Of a DNA stretch of 15,530 bases, positions 1 through 6,749 are shown piece by piece. The number at the start of each line of letters is the position of its first letter. The first letter of the stretch is position 1. A program made the position numbers and the translations under genes. The notes beneath the pieces are model-generated. The model saw nothing but the letters and a program-made list of their open reading frames with translations, had not been told where the DNA came from and ran no database searches. The stretch lies in the IMG/VR virus record IMGVR_UViG_3300012346_000220, positions 83,826-99,355 of that record; one strand, written 5' to 3'. The stretch is from a virus. Taxonomy: Duplodnaviria; Heunggongvirae; Uroviricota; Caudoviricetes.

Positions 1-509
1 GGCAGGGTTGTTTTCAATGCGGTCTGTTCGCCGGATTTGCGTGACTCGCTCAGGGCTTCTTGGAAGTCATTGGGCGCGTAGTTGTAGGCAATCGAAACAG
101 AGCCGGGGTCTGTCGCACCAAAGTCAATAGCACGGCCACAATTGGTTTCGGTGCTTGTTTCGGTGGTCGTGCCGCTGTCGCCTGTATAGCTGGTCACTTC
201 GCAGCTTGCAGAATACTGACCTTTTGCGGTAGTTCCGCCCGAGACGTAAGTGCCCCAATTTGTAGAGTCAACGTCTGCCAGGGTGATTGTCCCCGAACCA
301 GTTGCTTGCACCACATAAAGACTGTCGTTGATTTCTTCCATACCGACAACACCAGCAATTTTGACCACATCACCCACGGCAAAAGTGCCAGCAGCAGTAA
401 CGACTGCTGGACTTGCGTTGGTGATAGCGGTGATGGCTGTTGTAGCAGCATAACCCGTGACAACTTGGAATGTGGTTCCAAGGAATTTATATCGTTTACC
501 GAGAGACAT
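1..509 (-). CDS. Major tail tube protein, 5' part (runs off the left edge; not in ORF track)
   Basis: Hand translation from ATG at 509, preceded by AAGGAAAAATC: MSLGKRYKFLGTTFQVVTGYAATTAITAITNASPAVVTAAGTFAVGDVVKIAGVVGMEEINDSLYVV...GTTTETSTETNCGRAIDFGATDPGSVSIAYNY..., open to the edge. Directly follows the tail terminator gene; Thr/Gly/Ala-rich. Confidence 0.85.
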   Translation of the reverse strand, partial: MSLGKRYKFLGTTFQVVTGYAATTAITAITNASPAVVTAAGTFAVGDVVKIAGVVGMEEINDSLYVVQATGSGTITLADVDSTNWGTYVSGGTTAKGQYSASCEVTSYTGDSGTTTETSTETNCGRAIDFGATDPGSVSIAYNYAPNDFQEALSESRKSGEQTALKTTL

Positions 510-533
510 GATTTTTCCTTTCAGGATAGTGGG

Positions 534-556
534 ATTTTATACGCTAGAGCCATGAA
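534..556 (-). promoter_or_regulatory. Putative late-promoter motif, copy 3 (TTCATG-N8-GTATAAAAT), upstream of the tail tube gene
   Basis: Minus strand reads TTCATG GCTCTAGC GTATAAAAT, with the same boxes and spacing as the copies at 9825-9854 and 11787-11816. It overlaps the stop codon of the upstream gene and has no -35 match. Confidence 0.45.
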
Positions 557-905
557 CTGTCACGCGCAAAATTGCGCGGTAAGTCTTTGTTTCTGCGTCA
601 TATTCTTGCAGGGGTGCAAGGTTTAGGGATGCGGGAACAGAAAGACCGTTTAAAGCCGTTCTAACTTGATCCCTAAGCGTTGCGCGTTGGGTTGCAGTGG
701 TTGCAACAATGTCTATTTGAAATTCAGAGTTGTCTGTTTCTTCAATGCCTGAGCCACAGGAATCCTCAAAGATTACCCCGCCAATCAGGGTGTACCGAAT
801 AGCAGGCCAAACAGGAATCGCAGGGGGCTGCGGATAGGTGTCAGGGTAGACCCGATTTGAAACCAAGCCTTTTAGCGCGTCAAAGATTAACTGTTCGTGG
901 CTCAT
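537..905 (-). CDS. Tail completion/terminator protein (DUF3168, SPP1 gp17-like)
   Basis: 122 aa; RVYPDTYPQ, PAIRYTLIGG, FQIDIVATT and C-terminal YDAETKTYRAIL fit this family; canonical position; ATGA overlap with the upstream gene. Confidence 0.85.
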   Translation of the reverse strand: MSHEQLIFDALKGLVSNRVYPDTYPQPPAIPVWPAIRYTLIGGVIFEDSCGSGIEETDNSEFQIDIVATTATQRATLRDQVRTALNGLSVPASLNLAPLQEYDAETKTYRAILRVTVHGSSV

Positions 906-1348
906 TGTCTTGCCTTAAAAACTGCGATTCGTTTTGCAAGTCTTGTTTTAATGGCCTCTGTCGCCTTTTGGACATTCTGAGAAAGGGCCGGGGTTAGGAA
1001 AGGCTTAGCAGGCAGTTTGACTGTTCCAAATTCCAAAAACCTAGCGTAGTAAGCATCCTTACCCAATGCGCCTTTTCCGGCCTTTGCCCTTGTCACATCT
1101 GACTTTTTGCCAACCCTAACCGAAACCCCATATTCTTCGGTCAAGTTTGTATTGCGTTTGCGCTTCATCACAATGGCTTTTTGCAGGTTGCCCGTGTCCA
1201 CTGGTGCATTCTTTCGCGCCTGCGCCCTGACAACACTAGCGCCAGCGGCTACCGCTTGCCTAGCGGCTTTCTGAGCCATGTCTAGGCGTAAACCCTTCAG
1301 GGCTTCGCCAAGCTCTTTGAGTCCGTCAATTCGTACTGTTTCAGCCAT
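902..1348 (-). CDS. HK97 gp10-family putative tail/neck component
   Basis: Start moved to ATG 1348 (MAETVRIDGLKELGEALK, 148 aa). Motifs ARKNAPVDTGNL, YYARFLEFGT and PAKPFLTPAL. Confidence 0.9.
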   Translation of the reverse strand: MAETVRIDGLKELGEALKGLRLDMAQKAARQAVAAGASVVRAQARKNAPVDTGNLQKAIVMKRKRNTNLTEEYGVSVRVGKKSDVTRAKAGKGALGKDAYYARFLEFGTVKLPAKPFLTPALSQNVQKATEAIKTRLAKRIAVFKARQ

Positions 1349-1673
1349 CGTTAGTCCCAAAGGCTCCAATGATTGTTTGGTATTCCCTGCGTCCAACTTC
1401 GTCAATTGACTTGATGTTGTAAACCTTGCCTTCAAGGGTAAACCGTGCTGTCTGTTTCAGGTCTGCAACTGTCGGTGTGTGGCGAATCTGAATACCGACT
1501 TCCTGAGCGCCAAGCGTCTGAGCGCCGCCGTAAAACTCACGGCCTTTGCTTGATAGCTTACGCGCCCAAACAGTTGCCACGGTTGACCATGTGACTTCTA
1601 AATCACCCAATGCCGATTGAGTCTCTGTCTTAGACTCAATCAACACCCGGCGGTCAAATTTACCGGCATCCAT
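1341..1673 (-). CDS. Head closure / head-tail joining protein (SPP1 gp16-like)
   Basis: 110 aa; MDAGKFDRRVLI, ALGDLEVTWSTVATVWA, GREFY, YNIKSI; position after the connector; TAATG coupling. Confidence 0.9.
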   Translation of the reverse strand: MDAGKFDRRVLIESKTETQSALGDLEVTWSTVATVWARKLSSKGREFYGGAQTLGAQEVGIQIRHTPTVADLKQTARFTLEGKVYNIKSIDEVGRREYQTIIGAFGTNDG

Positions 1674-2218
1674 TACGCCATCCCCAGGCTGACTCGGTGG
1701 TGACGCAAATAGGCTTCTTCCACCCGAATGACTGCCTCTGTGTCTGTTCCACCTCGCATATCGTAAAGCTGGTGCAAGATCATCAGCATGGCCGTTTTCA
1801 CATCAGGGGCCATTGCGGTCGTGTTGGTGGTGTAGGTGACAACCAACTGATCGGGCATTTCCGTGGGAGTGATCGTGGCAGGAATAGCCAAAAGATTAGC
1901 GGTGTACTCAACAGGGTTTGTTCCATCAGTCACCGTGACGATTGTATTGACTGGTGACAAGGGCAGTTCGTAGCTTTGGGGTACGGGTTGATTAGGAAAA
2001 GTCCACGGGTAAAGCGGGTCTTCCTCTGTCTTAATCACGGCTCGGATTGTTTGCCCCGTAAATGCCAAACCCGTAAACCGTTCAACGTGCGCCCGTGCTG
2101 CTTTGATGTAATCCTGAATCAAAGCATCCTCAAAGTCTGAATCGACTCTGAGGTGCATCTTGGCTTCGGCCAATGTGATTGGCTCGACCGTAGGCTGTAC
2201 CGTGATGATAAAGCTCAT
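1673..2218 (-). CDS. Head-tail connector protein (HK97 gp6 / SPP1 gp15 / phiE125 gp8-like)
   Basis: 181 aa; EPITLAEAKMHLRVDSDFEDALIQDYIKAARAHVERFTG at the N-terminus and DVKTAMLMILHQLYDMR at the C-terminus. Confidence 0.92.
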   Translation of the reverse strand: MSFIITVQPTVEPITLAEAKMHLRVDSDFEDALIQDYIKAARAHVERFTGLAFTGQTIRAVIKTEEDPLYPWTFPNQPVPQSYELPLSPVNTIVTVTDGTNPVEYTANLLAIPATITPTEMPDQLVVTYTTNTTAMAPDVKTAMLMILHQLYDMRGGTDTEAVIRVEEAYLRHHRVSLGMA

Positions 2219-3033
2219 TTTTCCCCCAGCTTGTAGGTGTCAGGCCGATTGAGTTTAACAAGGCTCAGGTCTTTCCCGTCCGTGCCGCGTTTTGCCGCCA
2301 ATTGCCACGAATCAGAGGTTCCAGGCTTATCGACTGTATCGGCAAGGCAAACCCACAGGCTTCCCGATTGGGTGACTGTGTGGCCTTTCTTGTACTCGCC
2401 GTTTGACTCTTTCCAGACACCTTTATAGATCATAGCTGGAACCGCCATCTTTGTGATGTGGTCAGCCCCGCCCGTCATTTTGGTTTTAACGGCAAAGGTA
2501 GCTTCGTCAATCTGGTGGACTTCAATCGCTGAAACACCACGTAAGACTACATCCCATCCAGCCCGATGCGGCTCGATACCGTCTAGCGGGTCTGTCGCTC
2601 GACTTGCCTTAAATACACCGCCATCGTGTTGGGCGTATGTGCCTTTTGCATAACTCTTGGCAGGGTTAATCTCAGGCAAGATATCAATCTGCAAAGCATC
2701 GCGGCCATCAACCCCGTCAACACCGTTTGAAGGGGCTTCGGGTTGCTTGATGTTTTCGGCAAGCCATGAACTTACCAATTCTTTCACTTGCTCAGGGTTG
2801 ACGCTTTCGCCATCCTTCCCATCTTTTGGCGCAAACGACTGCACCATTTCTTTTAGGCGGGTTTCTAGCGGTTCCATTGCTGCGTCAACATCCCGGCGAA
2901 TGGTTGACTTTGCCAAGCTAATGATTGTGCGCCGTTGGTCTTGTTGCAATTCCGCCTTAACTTTTTCCATCTCTTTGGAGATAGTCTGTTTAGTGGATTC
3001 GACAAGCGCGTCGATGATTTTTTCCAAGTCCAT
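2215..3033 (-). CDS. Coiled-coil / short collagen-motif protein of portal-proximal type, with two small CBM5/12-like C-terminal repeats
   Basis: 272 aa; helical N-terminus, KDGKDG and GVDGVDGRDAL motifs, then SYAKGTYAQHDGGVFKA and EYKKGHTVTQSGSLWVC. Function unknown. Confidence 0.7.
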   Translation of the reverse strand: MDLEKIIDALVESTKQTISKEMEKVKAELQQDQRRTIISLAKSTIRRDVDAAMEPLETRLKEMVQSFAPKDGKDGESVNPEQVKELVSSWLAENIKQPEAPSNGVDGVDGRDALQIDILPEINPAKSYAKGTYAQHDGGVFKASRATDPLDGIEPHRAGWDVVLRGVSAIEVHQIDEATFAVKTKMTGGADHITKMAVPAMIYKGVWKESNGEYKKGHTVTQSGSLWVCLADTVDKPGTSDSWQLAAKRGTDGKDLSLVKLNRPDTYKLGEK

Positions 3034-3043
3034 TTTTTACCCT

Positions 3044-5773
3044 TTAGGCATTGTTCATAGATGTGATGTGTTGGCGAAGTTTAACTAGGCTTTGCTTGTT
3101 GGATGCAAAGCCCGTGCCCTTGATCTCAGCAAGCTCGACCTTGATAACGTCTAGCTTAATGCCGTTTTCAATCACCTCGGGAGCCTGAGCCAATTGAATC
3201 TCAGCGCCTGAATACAGCGAATGTACATAGACCCCTTTGACTGCTGGATAGCGGTCTTTAACGGTCGTTGTAAGGTCAACAGTAAGGTAATCGAAACCGG
3301 GAGCAGTGTCGCCAATAAATCGGTACTTGTTGTTAGCTGTGGTGAAGTCGCCGACCTTTGTTCCAGTCTCGTAATCAGCCGATGCCGTGGCGCTCGTGAT
3401 TTTCCAAATCTCGTAAGTGCCGCGACCGCCAGCAATCGTGATCTCAGAATTCCCGTTACCGTCTTCTCGGGTGATGGTAATCACCTCAGTGGTATTGGCC
3501 GTAATCGTTGCAGGTGGGATTGCAATCTCGGTCTGATAACGATCATCACCAGCGTAAGCCGTGGACTTAGTGGTAATCACTGAACCCGTCACCGAATAAA
3601 CCAGCGTCGCGTCCTTGTTAATCAGGTGCGAGAAGTTGCCGATCTCCAAAGACGTACCAGCTCGGGCAACCATTTGGCCTAGCTTGATGCCTTGCTCACC
3701 TAATCGGAAATAGGCTGTGCGATCGTAGAACTTGCTAGAAGTCTCGATAGCCGTGTAAGCCGCCACCGTTGCTTTTGTGGTTTCTGTGATGCCCACGTCT
3801 TCAACATAGATCGGCTCATAGAACAACAAACCGCCAGCGTTAGCCGCAAAGCTACCTGATTGGCGTTGTTTGCCGTATTGCTCAATTGCCCATGAGTAAG
3901 TCCCAGTAGTACCCGGTGCAATGTAATATGGATAATCACCCGCGCTAGTCACTTCTTGCTGGAAATACTTTGTAACGCCTGAAGCGTCATAGATAATCAG
4001 CGAAGAACCAACCGTGACGTTTTCAAACTTCCATGTTGTCGATGTACCAGCAGTAGAGGCGTAAATAGCTGTGATCTGGCCTGTACCGTTTAGCGTGACC
4101 GTTGGGAAGTAAACATAGGTGAATTTTGTCCCACTAGACAAAGTGACACCAGTGTTCACAATCAATGACCAACCTGTGTAACCAGTCAGGTTTTCACCAG
4201 TACCAGAAACAATCAGCGCGTCTTTTGCCGCCGCCTCAAATGCCGTTGATGTGCCTTGGAATTTGTACGCCTTAGTTGCGTCATACAAATCGTCAAGCGT
4301 AGCGTTAGCCGTAGCCGTGACAGTCTTAGCCACGGGGTCAACCGTGAACTTAGTACCTAACAAAGCCAAAGCAGCCGTGCGAGACAAAGTGACGTTCGTG
4401 TCGTTGAACATCGTCCAAGCCACCGTCTTACCGCTGTTGCCCATCAAGGTTTGGCGGGTCACTGCTTGAAGGAAGCTGTATCCACCAAGGTAGATATTGA
4501 AGTCAGACGAACTGTTGCCAAAGTTGCTTCGGTAGTCGTAGTTGACCGTGGCAGAGGTTAGGTTGAGGTTTACACCCGCCAATGTCAGTACATCACCCAT
4601 GCTGATAGCGCCACCAGAGGCAGACGATGCAATGTAGGTGCGATCGTTGACGTAGTTGCTAACAGTCGAACTCAGGCGAGAGCCGTTGTTTGTGTCCTTG
4701 ATGTAAGCCACCACCTCAGACGCACCAACTGCCACGTTTGACGAATTTGTGACGTTTAAAGTCAAAGTCTCAACCACTGGCATATCCAAATATGCGTTGT
4801 TTGCCAGCTTCCCATAGACGGGGAATCGGTCAGGGTTTTTCACCGTGATGACTTGCTGAGTGCTCACCGTTTGGTTGGTAATCAAGTCAAAAGAGCTTTG
4901 GTTGCCAATGAACACCGGGTTCAACATCGTGCGGTTTGCACCACCACCAGCAGCAGACTGGAAGCCAGCACGCTCAAACTTCACGCCAAAAGCGTTCCAA
5001 CCAGGATTCAGGAACAACAAAATGTTGTTTGTAATGCCCTGAAGCGTGATCGCATTAAAAGTCGGCGCAGTGGAAATGAATCGGAATTGTGTATCAGCAC
5101 CGTTCCACATTGACCAAACACTGTCGTAACTGTTGCTAATCAGTGATGCGTTACTGATAAGCAATGAACTGCAAGTCTTAATGACCCCGCCGTTCCAGTT
5201 AATTGTCCCGTTTAGGAAATGGACACCATGGTTAGAAAACTGCCCACCAGAATAAGTCGAAGCAAGCCCCGTACCTTTTGAATACGTTACTTGGCTGTTA
5301 ACCGTCCGTGCAATGCCGTAGTTGTAAACCGCGCCTGTGTCGGTAATAAAACCTTGTTGTAAAGCAGTTGTAATCTCGTACAAATCAGGGTCATGAGTAA
5401 ACGTCCCCATGATGCGAAGCTGATTTGAGCCAAGGTTATAAATCGTACGCCGAGCTACACCAGTGCCTGTATCAATCGTTGTCACACCCGTCAAAGCAGC
5501 CAAACCAGTAGGGTCTGTGTCCGTGCCAGTCTGGGTAATGTACTGTCCCGAAATGCCCACGCCCGTGCCAGTTGCAGTAGCAGCGCGGCTAATTGTGACA
5601 GTAGCGCCTGGGCCAGTGCCCGAAATTGCTGTAATGATCGTATCGGCTGGAATACCAGTTCCGTAGACGTTCATGTTCACAAAAACTTGCAACGTGCTGT
5701 TGACGTTGGTCAGGCTTGTACTGCCGTTCGTTGTGTTTGCCGAAATCGTAGGCGCTGATCGTGCAAAAGCCAT
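3044..5773 (-). CDS. Large Thr/Gly/Asn-rich fibre- or spike-like protein (probable beta-helix plus beta-sandwich domains)
   Basis: 909-aa ORF, TAATG-coupled to the upstream ORF, beta-rich composition, no signal peptide, amphipathic helical C-terminus. The CDS is secure; the function is inferred. Confidence 0.7.
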   Translation of the reverse strand: MAFARSAPTISANTTNGSTSLTNVNSTLQVFVNMNVYGTGIPADTIITAISGTGPGATVTISRAATATGTGVGISGQYITQTGTDTDPTGLAALTGVTTIDTGTGVARRTIYNLGSNQLRIMGTFTHDPDLYEITTALQQGFITDTGAVYNYGIARTVNSQVTYSKGTGLASTYSGGQFSNHGVHFLNGTINWNGGVIKTCSSLLISNASLISNSYDSVWSMWNGADTQFRFISTAPTFNAITLQGITNNILLFLNPGWNAFGVKFERAGFQSAAGGGANRTMLNPVFIGNQSSFDLITNQTVSTQQVITVKNPDRFPVYGKLANNAYLDMPVVETLTLNVTNSSNVAVGASEVVAYIKDTNNGSRLSSTVSNYVNDRTYIASSASGGAISMGDVLTLAGVNLNLTSATVNYDYRSNFGNSSSDFNIYLGGYSFLQAVTRQTLMGNSGKTVAWTMFNDTNVTLSRTAALALLGTKFTVDPVAKTVTATANATLDDLYDATKAYKFQGTSTAFEAAAKDALIVSGTGENLTGYTGWSLIVNTGVTLSSGTKFTYVYFPTVTLNGTGQITAIYASTAGTSTTWKFENVTVGSSLIIYDASGVTKYFQQEVTSAGDYPYYIAPGTTGTYSWAIEQYGKQRQSGSFAANAGGLLFYEPIYVEDVGITETTKATVAAYTAIETSSKFYDRTAYFRLGEQGIKLGQMVARAGTSLEIGNFSHLINKDATLVYSVTGSVITTKSTAYAGDDRYQTEIAIPPATITANTTEVITITREDGNGNSEITIAGGRGTYEIWKITSATASADYETGTKVGDFTTANNKYRFIGDTAPGFDYLTVDLTTTVKDRYPAVKGVYVHSLYSGAEIQLAQAPEVIENGIKLDVIKVELAEIKGTGFASNKQSLVKLRQHITSMNNA

Positions 5774-5916
5774 TATTCGTCCTTATTTGGTGTAGTGTCG
5801 TCAGGCTTTGGAGGCTTCTTTCGCCCGTAATACCGACCCTGCAATACTTTCAGTGCCCCTAGTCCTAAAACAAAGGGTATGCCGTAAACAACAATGTCGG
5901 CAAGTACGGCTGACAT
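5773..5916 (-). CDS. Small single-pass membrane protein, 47 aa (not in ORF track)
   Basis: MSAVLADIVVYGIPFVLGLGALKVLQGRYYGRKKPPKPDDTTPNKDE. Fills the gap exactly, with TAATG overlaps at both ends (5916 and 5773); hydrophobic N-half and basic then acidic tail. Confidence 0.8.
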   Translation of the reverse strand: MSAVLADIVVYGIPFVLGLGALKVLQGRYYGRKKPPKPDDTTPNKDE

Positions 5917-6212
5917 TAGACAGCCTCAAACATCGCTGATTTGTTTACTGAAGGTGCGATTTCTAGGCCAATTCCAGCCGCTACAAGGGTGTATGCGCCT
6001 TCAGGTGATGCGTCCCATGTCAGATAGGTTTCACGGCCTTCAAGCGAGTAAGTCGATTCACCCGCCCAAACCATGTTCTCGTCAAACAATGTGTATTTGA
6101 ACGTGACCGAATCAAACAAGTTATCACTGATAGACACCACGTTAAATTGAGTGGCTTGCATTTTTTTGCCATTTGCAAAGGCAAGTTGGGGCTTAATAGA
6201 AACTGTTCTCAT
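5916..6212 (-). CDS. Hypothetical soluble protein, possibly fibre-associated or chaperone
   Basis: 98 aa, beta-rich with a C-terminal helix; coupled to the downstream ORF. The function is a guess from context only. Confidence 0.6.
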   Translation of the reverse strand: MRTVSIKPQLAFANGKKMQATQFNVVSISDNLFDSVTFKYTLFDENMVWAGESTYSLEGRETYLTWDASPEGAYTLVAAGIGLEIAPSVNKSAMFEAV

Positions 6213-6390
6213 TTTGCAACCTTTGGATGAACGAAACTGAAGTAGTAAATAAGGATGATTGAGCCGATGTCCTTACTGAGCCAGAGAGGGAAAACATGGT
6301 CAATCGGGTAAGTGCCAAACTGGAAAAAGTGAATTGATCGAAATGTTTGCACACCAAGACCAACCAAAAAGACACCATTGCGTGACTCAT
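6209..6390 (-). pseudogene. Small membrane-protein gene apparently split by a 1-nt frameshift at a T5 run (6366-6370)
   Basis: ATG 6390 is ATGA-coupled to the upstream gene. A different frame (LVGLGVQTFRSIHFFQFGTYPIDHVFPLWLSKDIGSIILIYYFSFVHPKVAK) ends at TGA 6209, ATGA-coupled to the downstream gene, and has no ATG. One extra T joins the two into a 60-aa protein. Confidence 0.45.
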
Positions 6391-6740
6391 TTGTTGTTGC
6401 CCTTAACCACGTCTTTCATTTCCAAAATGTCTTTGTCTTCGTATTTTTCAAAGAAGTTACGCAAAGCATTCAGAGCGAATGGTGATATGGCGCCAATCAC
6501 AACACCAATAAACAAAACCAAATCAGCCTTTGATTGATCTACACCAAGCCAAATCAAAACCGCACCACCAGCCGTCAAAGCCAAGGTGATAGCAATGGCC
6601 GTGCTAATCATCGCAGCGGCAATGATTCCCTTATGCTTGATAAATTTAGGTTGCCACAGCACGTTCATGATGCTCACCCCTGCTAAAGCGCCAACGGCCA
6701 AAAGGATTTTATTCAGGGTGTATTGTGAGAAATCAAACAT
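6387..6740 (-). CDS. Putative holin-like membrane protein (3 hydrophobic segments)
   Basis: 117 aa; three hydrophobic stretches separated by short polar loops and a highly charged C-terminal tail (FFEKYEDKDILEMKDVVK), i.e. class I holin-like topology. Confidence 0.55.
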   Translation of the reverse strand: MFDFSQYTLNKILLAVGALAGVSIMNVLWQPKFIKHKGIIAAAMISTAIAITLALTAGGAVLIWLGVDQSKADLVLFIGVVIGAISPFALNALRNFFEKYEDKDILEMKDVVKGNNK

Positions 6741-6749
6741 GGCAAGCCT

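Noticed and set aside
563-578. Inverted repeat CGCGCAA-AA-TTGCGCG upstream of motif copy 3
   Set aside because: Inside coding sequence, no U-tract, and no equivalent at the other two motif copies.
60-626. 188-aa plus-strand ORF and the 95-aa minus-strand ORF at 194-481
   Set aside because: They overlap the RBS-led tail tube frame starting at 509, which is the credible gene.
1349-1435. Upstream extension of the gp10-like ORF to 1435
   Set aside because: It would overlap the head-closure gene by about 95 nt; MAETVRIDGLKEL at 1348 is a typical start.
6364-6372. Canonical programmed -1 ribosomal frameshift
   Set aside because: TCT TTT TGG does not fit the X XXY YYZ slippery heptamer; a mutation, sequencing error or slippage variant is more plausible.
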